In this document: positions 38,126 to 50,780 of the stretch, piece after piece
Layout of the letters: each line of letters starts with the position of its first letter
How positions within the stretch are numbered: the first letter of the stretch is position 1
NCBI GenBank assembly: GCA_038496445.1
Contig: JALMLS010000377.1
Coordinates: 261,926-325,925 of the forward strand
DNA length: 64,000 bases
Reading direction: 5' to 3'
DNA from: Trichosphaerium sp. ATCC 40318
Taxonomy: Eukaryota; Protista; Tubulinea
Made by a program: the position numbers and the translations under genes
Notes under the pieces: model-generated
Database searches by the model: none
What the model was told of the DNA's origin: nothing
Seen by the model: only the letters and a program-made list of their open reading frames with translations

Positions 38126-41100
38126 ATGCCACCAAAGCGGAAAAAGAGGCCAAAACGCTCCCAAGCGAAGAAATCGAAGAACGAGACAGTCGACTTGCCT
38201 GATGAAGTAGTTTTAAACATATTCACTTACTTGCCCGTTGATAACCTCAAAAACTGTAGATTCGTTTGCGTAAGTGAATAGTAAATCGATATAACTGTAT
38301 TAAACTTGATAGACGCAATGGCGGTTAGTTGCTCTTGATTCAACTTTCGATTGGCATATTGTGGACAAGTTAAGCTTCACTGGCGTACGTACTTGTCCAT
38401 GAGCCTTTTCTTGATCCATTTAATTTTTTTTCAAGTTCAAGCCGACAGCTGGCGAGACCGCTTGGTTCGCGGCAATAAACCACGTCCCTGCAGGTCCCAA
38501 GACAACTGGCAGGCGTAAGCCTCATAGTGGTGCCTTGAAATCGTACGTGTCATATTTAAACGTTTACAAAACTCTCTACACGCGCTGTGCCATATTAACG
38601 ACTCTTTCTTTGTAGGATCAAAGATATCTCAGAAACACCCGGGTTACAAGCAGGCGCATTGAGGTCCTTTCAATCGGGGCTTTATATTGAAGTAAGTTGG
38701 CAGTACTCCTTTCAGTTTCACGCTGGTTTGGGCTGTGTTTGAGACAGTTTTCTAATCAACTTTCTTAGCTCTTTAATGAAGAGGACGAAGAAGTATCAGG
38801 ATACGCTAAATTGCAGAGTAGTCACCTTGAGAAGTGCCATCAAGCAATTTACAACATGACATTTGACTCAAAAAGTGTCGCTAAAGGTAAAATATGGCGC
38901 GCTGAAGTAAAGGCATCAAGGAGAAGTACGTTGTCGGATTGTCCCAGTTAAAAGTGACTTTCTTTCTTATTCCTGGAATATCTTTAAACCTGACGAGCTT
39001 GTAGGCGCTGTAGTGAAACTTTACGTTAATTTTAGGAAGTAAGGGCCTTTATCAATGAAATGTTTCCAAAAAAAAAATTAAGAAAACAAGGTGTTTTAGT
39101 TAGTTAAACTGTTATTTTTAGGATAGAAACACTTCTACGCAACGGAGTTCTCACGCCTAAAAACGTGCCTAATGCAAGGATCCTTTTCCGTGCTATTTCT
39201 CGTGATCTGTATCCAAGGTTAGAGCCATTAATTGGGAGTAACGGACGAGCACTAAAAGAACAAATAATACCTGCTGTATGATTACTTCCTTTTTCTTTTC
39301 ACCTTCTCCAAGTCACTCACTATTCAACCCTTCTTATCTATTTATATAGGGCATCTATAATACTATAGCTCAACCTGAATCACTTGCTGCCACGCTCTAT
39401 AACTACCAACTTAACGCAGGTACAGTGCTCTGCTGCGAAGAAAAAAACTATATCTGACAATCGTTGTTTTAACTTTTTGTGTTAGTCAGTTGGATGAAGT
39501 ATGTTGAAGATAACTGTAGAAAAGATCTTGGTCGCTATGCACCATACGTGATATGGGGTAAGGTATGTAGTTAGCTTAGTCAAGGAGGTAGATGTAACTA
39601 AAGGGTTTCCACCTAGATGTCTTATCAAGTTTGCTTCGATTTAAAGCAGAAAGCTATTTACCCCAAATCGTTTGTTAAAGAAAAGACTTCTCCTGCTTTT
39701 CATGGAGGAGTTCTTGGAGATGAAATGGTACGAAAAACAAGGACTACACCCTTCTGTTTATGGCATTTAAGATCTAATAGCCATTTTAGGGTCTTGGAAA
39801 GACAGTATCTGGTAAAAGAAGCTTTAGGTTTTTTTAAGTCTATACCTGATTGTTGACTGTTCTCTTTTAGTTATTGCATTAACGCTTATCTCTGAACCTG
39901 AAGACTTTGACGGAGAAGATTTTCGTCGTATAAACGGCAAATACTACTGGAACACAAACGCGACTCTTGGTAAGTTTATTAAGATGTCTAGTGTTAAAGA
40001 ACATGATCACTTACTTTCTTTTTTTAGTTGCTGTACCTAATCAACTGGCGCAACAGTGGATAGATGAGTACAAGAAGTACTCAAAGAAAAAACTCAAGAT
40101 AATCAAACTCACAACTGTTGGTCCTCACGGTAAAAAGACCCACAAGGATTTGGTTGATGCTGGTACAACAAACATCTTCTTTAGAAAAAAAAAAACACGT
40201 GATAAAAAACTTACTTGATTTTTTTGTAGATATTGTCGTTGTGTCCCACCAATTCTTGTCAAATAAGAACTACCTAAAGCGTCGTACTATGCATGAAAGA
40301 ACTAGTGAAGGTGATGAACCTAAGAGTCAAAAGAGCCCAAATTTGAACAGCATTTATTGGCGTCGTATTGTGTTAGATGAAGGTCACGAAAAGTTAAAAA
40401 AAGATTCCGAAGGTACAAACGAAACGGACTCTTTGTTTTCTATTTTGTTGTAATTTCGCTTTTCCTCACATATTTTATTAGCCCTTCAGTATCTCCAGTC
40501 AGAATATAAATGGTATGTCACCGGCACACCATTCCCAAGCGAGTACGTATCCTAAACCTTTAGCGAGAATGGCGTGTCTAACGGTTTTATAGGGAGTCCA
40601 TTTTTAGGTGTTGTCAGTTTCTTTCTGGCAAGTCTGATTGTGTTCCACACCGTTTGACTCAGACATCGCGTAAAAGTACTATCATTCCACCAAATTCTAT
40701 GACTGTAGCACGTATTTCTGGCTACCAATGGTCGATAATGCAAGGCACTCGTAAGTGCAACTTTTTTTACTCGATTGTTCGAGTCATTCTTACTGTCACT
40801 TCTCTTCCCACCCATGCAATCTTATGCTCTAGTACTATCCTTCTTGATCGCTGGATAGTGTCTAATCCAATAATTGTAATATTGCATGGCGGGGGAAGAG
40901 GTAGCAATGTTGTATCAAACTAATACCAAAATTAGGTGTTACTGAAATTCCTAGATCACATTCTAAAAACCTTTACTTTTATGACACAGAAGACTGTGCC
41001 ATAGAATATGATACGTGCGTTACTTAATTTTTGAGGTTTTGAATAGAACAAAAAGTGACACTGTTTTCCTTGTAGATCATTGCTTATCGAGTTGTTGTTC

Positions 41101-42915
41101 AAAAACTTTGTTTGGCGTCATACCAAAGACAGTGTTCAAGATGAGATGAAGATACCGCCTTATAAAGAACAACTTGAGCTTCTATCATTTCATCCAATAC
41201 AAAGGCTAGCTTATGAATACCATGAAGCATTCGAGAGTCGAGGAGGTAACTAACAATCGTAAACCAAGAACAATTCTAGTTTTGATTAATGTTTTTTTGT
41301 TTGAAATTAGATAGCCTTGCGAAGATGTGCTCAATGCTCGCAAACACCAATTTACATGCTGCATATAACACATTGGGAGTCACCATTAGATACAGAATAC
41401 AAGCTGTCCAAACTAATATCACACAATCCGAGAACACAATCAAAAACCTAGAAGCACGTGCCAGAGTAAACAATGTATGTAAAAAGTTTGACGAATTTTT
41501 TTGTTTGGTTTTGATTGTGTGGTAGGAGGAGTATCTCAGAAGTATGATCAAGCGCCAAAAGAGATCCCTAGATCAAGCAAGAAATCTCTTAGAATCACTT
41601 GAAGAATTCCTAACGAAGCACAACGCAATTGTTCGTTTTTTTCTGACTTTTTCTCTTGTCGTCTTGAAAAAGTCTTCTAACAAAACTTAAGGCTCCTAAG
41701 TCCACCATGAAATCGATTGAGTCCAAGAAATTCCAGATTGGAGAAAATGCTGTTGATAAATGTACATCTATAGAAGATCTTATCAGTGCTATTGAATTCC
41801 GTGGTATGGTTCCAGTGGATAGAGAGTCTAAGGAAGCTATGATGGATCAACTTTTACCTGTGTTGAAAAAAGAACAAAAGTTATATGTCATGAAGTACCA
41901 CGCTTCTTTTCGTTATACAAATCTATCAAATGATGAGAAAGTATTACTTTATGGTACAAAATTCGGAGCTATGTTACAGTACATGGAAGATATGTGGACA
42001 AAGGAGCCAAGCGCCAGAATTATTTTATTCTCTAGAGTATGTTGTGAACACGTGTTTTTTTTTGCTTCGATTTCTTTGTTGCTCACGTGTTTTAGTTTAC
42101 TCAAGTTCTGGCATCTGTCAAGAGAGTTCTTTGTGAAAATGGAATTTTATCTATGATGGTTCAAGGTACGAAAGATGTTGCTGAATTGGAGAGTGAAAGA
42201 AAAAAAAACAACTAAAGTTAAAATGCTTTGCCAAGTTTTTTGAAATACTTTTGTTTGTTGTAGACCTTTCTTGCTGAACTGTTGCCTAGGCAATGTCTTT
42301 GTTCGTGAAAAGGCAATAAAGTCCTTTAAATCAGATTCTACTAATAGCGAGGAGTACAAAGTACTCCTAATGAGTTCCGAAAAAGCAGCTTCAGGAACAA
42401 ACCTAATGAACGCAAAAGTTGTCATTTTGTTGGGTAAGTTTTATCTTCACATCTGACATATCTAACTCATGAATTAGACCCGGTTAGTGGAACACATGAT
42501 GAAGTAGAAGCCCAAGAAGGACAAGCAATTGGTAGATGCTACAGGTATCAACTTTTTTTCCTTTTGTTTGTCATCTCTTCAGTTTTTTTTTACTGAACAT
42601 TTTTTCACTCAGAATGGGCCAATCAGAACAAGTACTTGTCCTTAGATTTCTTGTTGATAAGACAGTAGAGCATTACTCTTACCTTGAGTATAAAGAAGGA
42701 GCAGCATCACGAAAGAAAGCAAAGAAAAGTAAGTTACTGCCTGTTGTCTATTTTTTTTATCAGATTTCTAACACGTGTTTGTAACAGAACAAGCATCTGC
42801 TGTTAAAGCAAGGAAACCTCTTCTTACTAGACAAGCAAGTTTCTCTGGTGCTTTTGCTGGCTCATCAAAATTGATGAGTAACTCACTATCAGAACTTGTT
42901 GGATTGAAGAAGTAA
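38126..42915 (+). CDS. F-box plus SNF2-family (Rad5/Rad16/SHPRH-like) ATPase
   Basis: DLPDEVVLNIFTYLP (F-box), GGVLGDEMGLGKT, WRRIVLDEGH, WYVTGTP, ASGTNLMNA and QAIGRCYRMGQ. Confidence 0.85.
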
Positions 42916-43055
42916 CCGAAATAACCCTTTTTACCTAATAAAAAAACAAAATTTCTTGAAAAACTATTCTCTGGTCTGGAGTGAGCAATACAAAATTTAT
43001 TTGGGCTAAAAATACAAGTTCTTGCAATACCAAGTATGCTTCCAGAACTTTCCTA

Positions 43056-44488
43056 TCACGTGGTCTTTGTGGCTTCATCAGGCAATGCAGTACACCATGG
43101 ACAAAACCTATGTAAACTTGTGAACAAAACATCATTTTAGGGCAAAAGTGCGCTTACTTTAACTTTTCTCGGAGTATGCCGTGACATGGACCGCAATAGC
43201 ATTTGCTACAAGTGTTGCATGAAACAAATAAAGACTCAGCCACTAAAGACTTATCACCTAAATTGCACAAAGAACAAATTGAATGAGGCTTGCTAACACG
43301 TGACATTTTTGGAAGCGACAGTCCATTGTATTCGCTCTTAAGCATGTCCACTGGCCTTACCAGTGACAACATACATATTGGACATACCCTCGGAACAGAA
43401 CACACCTTCGAGAGCGTAAGCTATTATCATCTTTAAACTTTGCACATACCATTGCCATACAACGTGGACATTGAGACAGTGTTTCTGCCTTGTGTAGCTT
43501 CAAGTGACAAGCACATAGACCACTTTTTGTAGACCGCTTCACAACGCCCACTTGCATTGTTTCAGATACCTTTTGTGAACTCATAAGAGAATTAATCTTA
43601 TCGGCATAACTAAGAAGACAATCAGCAACTATTTCAACGCCAAAAACTGACTTGGTTATCATTGCATGCAACTCCATTCCATTTGTCGCTGTATAAGTGT
43701 TAATGGTGAAGAAAACAATCGGTAACTGTTCATACCTATAACATACTCGCCACCTGTCTTTTGTGTTATAATCTTTGGTAAGTAAAACTCGGCATTTATC
43801 CCAACAATGGATACTTGAACATTCATTACGTTACACTTTTCAATGGTCTTCATAATATCACCAGAGTCATGAGTAGCATGAGACGCCATTATAACCATAA
43901 TGTAGCGCACTACAGAAGGTCCAGGATACTCCCTGTTCAACGAAGAAATGAGAATCGTGCAAGTACTCAAGGCAACGCACGAGAGAACTTGAAGAGCAAG
44001 TTTCATTCCGTTTTCCAAAGACACGTGTCCTCCTGGTGATTTTAGTTGAGCCAGTGTGGCTCTATAAATGTTGACATTAGATACATATGCTAAGACACGA
44101 GAAAGATACAAATTTAAGCGCTGCTGGTTGTTATACAATGACGTTTAAGGTTGTGTTTTTGGGCGTTTTTCAAGAATTGTTTCACTTGTGAGGTGTCAGT
44201 AATGGTTTTATACGCGTACGTTAATGCTGCTTTGCTCTGTAAGTCACCTACACGATGAATTTACGCTTATTGGAGTAAATACGCTAACGAACCTTCCAAA
44301 TTCACTAACTTTGCGTTTTCTTGCATTTTGATGAGCTTGACACTTGAAAGCGGATTCTTTTGTTTAAAGTACGGGAGAAAACCACGTAAACCTGCTAACA
44401 TTACCGCCAGCCTGCTAGGCAGAATATCACGCTCTAATACAGCCTTTGAATTGTCTACAAGAATGCATAGACACGCATTTCGCCTCAT
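43056..44488 (-). CDS. TFIIH p44/Ssl1-like protein (vWA plus Zn fingers), divergent
   Basis: ILVDNS..ERDILPSRL, NPLSSV, SLENGMKLA, THDSGDI, AEFYLPKIITQKTGG, CACH, CPRC, CPIC and a C-terminal Cys cluster. The start may lie slightly upstream. Confidence 0.75.
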
Positions 44489-44774
44489 TACTACCTATTA
44501 ACAAGCCCACGTACTAGTGGCAACGGTACTGATACCCAAAACCTATTAACAACACAAAGAAAGCTTACACATGACTTAACAAAGATCACTGAACAAGCTC
44601 CACTGTACTAAGCGTAACGCATGTGACACGTTTCTTTTTTTTTTTTATTAACTAGTGTTCACTTACACTAAAATACAATCAAATTCACAACACCATCTTC
44701 TACAAAGAACTTAAGAGTTCTTCTTTTTTTTTTTTGAGACAGTTGTGAAGTAACTAACATTAAAAAGAAGCCAA

Positions 44775-47700
44775 CTACTTTTTTTTGGATTTCTTCTTCT
44801 TTCCTTTGCCTGTCTTGAATAAACTACGTTTCCGCACTGGTGACGTATCTAAAAACTATCAGAAAAACAATGAAAGACGGTGTAACAAGGTATTACCAGT
44901 ATCCACCGTTGATGACTCTAAAAAGTCAAGTGCATTTTGTAAGTCTTCACGTAAGTTTGCATCAGACGTGTCAAGTGTTCTTGCACTCTGCTTTTTATTC
45001 TTCCGTACTTCGCATAATTCTTTGTAATACTGCGATTGCTTAAATCTAGGCCATATAGTACCACGCACATTAGCAAACATGTGCGCTTGTGCTTCATCAA
45101 ATACCTAAAGAAATGTAAGTAAGATAAACACGGCAGAATGGTCATTAACATACGCTGACATTAACAGCATCTTTTGAATCGAGCTGTGCTTTTATAGGAC
45201 CCTTTAAGTCCGCATCTATAGCTACTTCATATTCAACACCTGGTTCTAAGTACCTAAATCCATACGTGTTAGTTTTTCCTACTTGTATTCTTTTTTTTTT
45301 AATGGAACATACTTATCCCATATGTATTTAACTAGTTTTTTAGCTTTGTCTTTATCCTGCTCTAATCGAACCTTCTCAATAAATAGAACGAATTCAAGTG
45401 CTTCTATTGTATGCTGTGCAACCAAGAATTTTTTAAAATACTTGAGCAACACTGGATCACGAATCTAGATAGACATTTACAAAAAAAATAGCAAAGAAAA
45501 CTAAAAGATACCTTGTCAATGATCAAGCGTTTGTGACTGGGTTCGTGAGTTGAAGGGGATGGTGAGTTTGGCGTAGATCTAGCCTTGGCACTCGAACGCA
45601 TAGGCGCAGATGGTCGGGTGGGCATGGATCGGCTTGTAGCAACTGTACCACCACGTATAGTGCTTGCAACAGATGATTGGCGCTCACTCAAAGGTGCACG
45701 CTCTGGTTTGTCTCGTTGAAACAACTTGAACGCCTGGTTCTTAGGGCGTCTTGAAGAACTCTTTAAAGTTCCCTAAAGCAAAAAGACGTCAGCTGAATGA
45801 TGTTCAGGTTGTTTAATGAAGGTCATACAGAATTTGAAGAAGACGACAAGTCCTCATGTAGAAATGCTTCAGCATTTGATACTTGGAATTTTCTAGGTGT
45901 TGTTGCTTTATCTATAGATGCTGGCTCTCTTTGTACAACAAGAGGTCCTATTATCATTCGTTAAGCAAAAGAAAAAAAGGAGAAAAAAGTTGTTTACCTT
46001 GAGCTTCTGCATCTTTTTTACAATGTGCCCAATGTTTAGAAAAATCAGCACTTAAACTGTGCTTTAAATATCTAGAAAATAGGACGTTCAATAACCCTTG
46101 TAAGCGAGCTTGAACTTTATTGAATATAGTGGGTGTGGGATTTATTAGTGCCATAGCTACTTCATCACGTAACTTTGGAGATATATTTATAAACCTGCAT
46201 TTTATTAGCTAATAAATAACACCAAAAAAAAAAAATGACTACGTACTCCGAGTTGTATGATGTATCTGTCATATATTTTGTATATAATTCTTTGGCCATT
46301 TTTATTCTTTCCTTATCACCAACTTCCAAGTCATTAAACCTAGGACGATTCGACAAATGAGTATGAGAAATAAAATTAAAATCCTAAATATTTCTGAAAG
46401 CCCGAGAAATCAGCAACGTACTTGTGTATCAATAAATAAAACTGTACAATTGGTAATCCATTCTTATGGCTTGAACAGAACCTTAAAAAGTACTCCAATG
46501 GAGCAACATGTCCAATGACGCTTGTTAAATCAGTATTGAAGGTTCTAGCTTGACCTACAGTTTTTGTCAGGTCCAATTAAAAAATAATAAAAAAATACAA
46601 AGCAAAATTATACTAGCTTACGTCTGAACGGCACCAAGCTTTTACCATAATTGGCGAGTGCTGATGCATACATATCAGAACCCACAAACCTAGGAAATGA
46701 GCAAGTTCTCATTAAACCAAGTATCTCCTTGGCAGCTTGTGTAAATAAATCCGATGTAATATTCTCTCCTCGAATGTTCTGTTCAATTTCTAAACAACTG
46801 GTTAAACACCAATACAAAAAAGAAGAAAAAAAATATTTGAAAGGGCCTGACTGGATTCGAACCAGCAACCGATTGGATTGCGACCAATTGCCATACCATT
46901 AAGCCACAGACCCTTGCGTTAATAACAACACCACCCACGGTTTTTTCCGCGCCGAAAGGATAGTGTTTACAATGCAGAGGCTGAGGTGGGGGGTTTTTTT
47001 TTTGTCATTCATTGAAAATGAAAATAAAAAATTGTAACTTACCATCACGTGTGGGACTATCAATATTGATACTACTTGGCGCTTCTTTTTGTACATAAAC
47101 TCTGAATATTTCCTTTGCCATATCTGCTCGCTCATACGCATCAGACGCTAGGTTTATATAAGGCAAGTTGCTGTTCAGAGAACCAAGGACATAAAAACCC
47201 TATTTTAGATAAGATCATACATGTCAGTTCCTCGTAACGCTTCACTTTGAGCCAGAAGTTTATATTTTCAGTAGAATGTTGTTTTACACTGTATTCCTGT
47301 ACAAATCATTAACATTTCAAAAAACATAAACCATCCATACTTTAAACGCATTTAACATTGCAGGGTCATTCACAATATCTATGAATTTAGCTTTGGCGCG
47401 TTGCTATTAAAGGTTATTAACGTTGACACACGTGTATAATAATAAAAAGTTAGTACATCGTCGATAGGGCTTGTGGCAGCTGTTTTATCTGATTTCGCCT
47501 TATCCATTAGATTTATTTGGGTAACAACATTATTGAGAGCGTCCTTCGTCTTTGTAGTAATTTGTGTTTGACATTCAACAAGCTTACAAAAAAAGAGCGT
47601 TAGCAACATAAACAATAAAAGATGACAACAACCAATCTAACAAAAACAATGTACCATCGTTAGAAGTTGCGATACGGCGTCATGTTGCTTAGTACCAAAT

Positions 47701-48488
47701 TGTTCTAAGACTGCGCCAAGAGACAAATATGCTTGTTGGTATTTGGCAGTATGAACCACAACGTCATTTAGGATCTGGTTTTTGACAAAAAAAGTTAGCA
47801 TTTAACTATCTCTGGAGGTACACAAAAAAAATGAAACCATTTTATTTCTGAGCACCTGATGATGTCTCCCACTATCAGCATTAATGTCGTCTTCAGCGAG
47901 GTTTGTCCTCAATCTTTGTCTTGATTCAGTAAAATTTGCATGATGTTTTTTAATATCGTTAGTAAGATCCTACATAGCATATGTGAGCGTCAACAAAACG
48001 TTCAAGTGGTTTTTAGGGTTTTTTCGTTAAGTACATTTATATGGCGCCACAGGTCGTCTCCAAAGGTGGGGAATGACATTTTACCAAGTGTCCCAGCTAC
48101 AGCCTTGGTCTAAAAATCCATCGGTTAGCAGTGGATGCCTTTATTTTAAAAAACCCTGTACCGTGTCATTCGAGATAGTTGATTGAGCCACGAAGAGACA
48201 GTGTGCAACATTAGAGAGGCTTTGGTCTTCGTCAGGTGTAGATAATTGTAAGAGTAATTCCGATAGCTGTTGGCTCGTTCTTTGTAGTGCTATAGCGTTT
48301 AAGGATATACAAACAAGGTAAAATACGAAAAAGGCAAAAAGGGAAAAAAAAAGCCAGGCAGTCGTACTGAACAATTGTTGGGTGTAATTGTTAACCAGTT
48401 GAAATACTTTGTCCCAGTGGTTTTTAATATTTAGCGCGTTTCGCGTGTGGGCTTTAACTTTACGCCTTGTTGCGCAATCTGCAACCAT
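44775..48488 (-). CDS. Protein with a helical N-terminus, three RGS domains and a polybasic C-terminus
   Basis: RGS motifs YSVKQHSTENINFW..SFPRF, LEYFLRFC..VQFYL and YFKKFLVAQHTIEALEF..IWPRFKQS. Tail KGKKKKSKKK then stop. Confidence 0.8.
46842..46913 (-). tRNA. tRNA-Cys(GCA), intronic, atypical anticodon loop
   Basis: Full cloverleaf: acceptor GGGTCTG/CAGGCCC, anticodon arm ATTGG-TCGCAAT-CCAAT, T arm GCTGG-TTCGAAT-CCAGT, discriminator U73 (Cys identity) and a downstream T-run. Confidence 0.85.
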
Positions 48489-49004
48489 GTCATCATAGTA
48501 CGTCTAAGAGCAATATACATTATACAACAACCCTATCAACTACCAAGTGCGTACGTTAAAGCGATAACTCGCCGTGCTAGTCATAGGAGAATAAACAGAG
48601 GTTATTTCGTTTACTTAAAGACCAATTGTTCGTGCTGTAGCGTTGTTCGTTTTAGTTTGCGAGTTTTTGACTTAAACCGAATTGCATTATACTGTTTACT
48701 GTTACTTGCAATACCGTTTCATCACGCCCAACCAGAGAGTAGGCAACGAGGCGGTGAAACCAAAAAACCGAAAGAAGAAAAAACGCTTAGAGCGTTAAAT
48801 GATTGAATCCTTGATAGGTTTTTGTATTAAATTGAGGTGCGATTTGTTCGTTCTAGGCTTTGCAAACGCATTTTGGGGGAAGTTTAGGATTTATATTTTT
48901 TCACAATCCTACAAAAAATTGTTGCATAGATTTACATGCGCTGTGTACATTTGAAGTTTAACCAACATTCAACAAGCGCGAAAAGAAGCCTTTTCTAGCA
49001 TGTC

Positions 49005-50608
49005 TCATTTTTGCAATTAGTTCATCGGGTTGATGATACCAATCAGGTGCATCTTGACCAGGTGGATACCTGTAGTTTAGTAACAGCTCGCTATTCTTTA
49101 CAGTCTCTGTTGTGATTAAAACTACGCCACTACACAAAGTTAGAAAAACAATTACAATAATTAAGAGATGGGTGGTAAGGTATGTTGGAGAAAAAAAAAA
49201 ACAACAATCGAAAGCATATATATGTACTTACCGCCCTGCTGCAGTGAAGGTTTGATGCCCGTAATATTTGCTGTTTGCATCATCTTCAAAGTATTGATGC
49301 GGTATGTATTGCTGAAGCTCAGGAGCAAGCCAGCCAGGATAATCGAATCCGAAAGGTAAGACATTTGCAGTTTGACCACGTGCAGGATGATTAACATATT
49401 GCCCTATTGCAAATTGGTTTCTGAACTTTGCCAGTTCATCAATCATAGATTTTCCTCCTCCACTGGTGGCTATGTGGTACAGCTTATTTTGGACCTTGGA
49501 AACAGCGTTCTCAGCTACTTTGTCCCATTTGTTGCCATCGACAAATATGTCATCGTATCGCCTAAATGAGCACAAAATAAATAAGCTTTGCTTTTTAGGT
49601 GGGGGGTAAAGAAAAATTGTTTCTTAACACTAATTTTACTCTCACCGTATCAAGTATTCATTCTTAGCACCTACACTATCAACGTATACAGAACCAAGTG
49701 ACTGTGCGTAGTGGACGAAACCGGGATAAAGTACAATGACAGTGCCAGGTAACGCTTCTCCCTTGACGTATACACCGTATCCAGACGATGGGTGATCAAT
49801 CTCCGACTTTGTGACGGATAGTGTAAATCCGTCTGGATGCTTAATTTCCTTTCCTGGATTGTAAATAGCAATGTCATGGTCCTCTGAGCGCTCTATCAAA
49901 TTCTCGTATTTCTCACTCTGTTCTCATGGTTAAAAAAAACCATTTGCTTTTGCACGTGTGTAATTGCTAATAATTTTTCAAATGAACAAAGAAAAAAAAA
50001 GGTACCACGTGCTTCTCCAGCTTCTGAGGATGGAAAATTGGCTTTGGATATGGATTAAACCCTCCGTCTTCATTAACATACCTAGGTTATAAAAAATCAA
50101 AAACACAAATTGCAACCACTGAACAAGACAAAATTATTTTGAGCACGTGACGCACTTTAGAAGATCTTCAACTTGGTCTGCAACTAATTGTTTTGCTCTA
50201 CCATTCAACTTGTATCTTGACAGCTTCGACGCTGCCTTTAGATCTGCCCACTCTTTTGACAAAAAATGAGTTTAAAAAAAAAACCCAAAAGTTTTTTCTG
50301 CTCTGGTTGAAAAACGGCCCACAACAAGTATTTATTCATTGTGGTTATAAATGTACCTTCTTGGGTTTCTGCAGTTATATCCCCGTTCCATTGTGGATTT
50401 TTCTTTCTGTAGTGTTTATATCGCTTATTATAGTTACAACAGGTGACTATAGCGTGCAAATCAATTTTTTCAGCAACAGTTGGAGAAATGTGGATGTTGG
50501 GACTGGTGACGGCCTATCTACGCGTAAAAAAGACGAAAACAATCAACCTAAAGGTACCTCGTGATATTTGCTGCTAACAAACTCTTGTACTTGCTTGAAG
50601 ACACGCAT
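49005..50608 (-). CDS. SETD9: SET domain-containing protein 9-like
   Basis: SGYGVYVKGEALPGTVIVLYPG, NEYLIRRYDDIFVDG, AIGQYVNHP and ELLLNYRY..PDWY. Confidence 0.8.
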
Positions 50609-50780
50609 AGCGTACAAATATTGATATGCCCTTCACCAACAGGTCACCTAACAGAGTGCTAGCGGAGGTAAATCTCTCTTGGAGTCTAACCTTTTGACTT
50701 TAGATAAACCAACGCAAAAAAAAAAAAAAATCCCTCGCCGCATTTTAGTATTTATTTGTCCGTTCTCAAATACAGCACTT

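Noticed and set aside
48293-48367. U12-type intron (TCCTTAAAC near the acceptor)
   Set aside because: The donor is GTACGA rather than RTATCCTT, so it is treated as U2-type.
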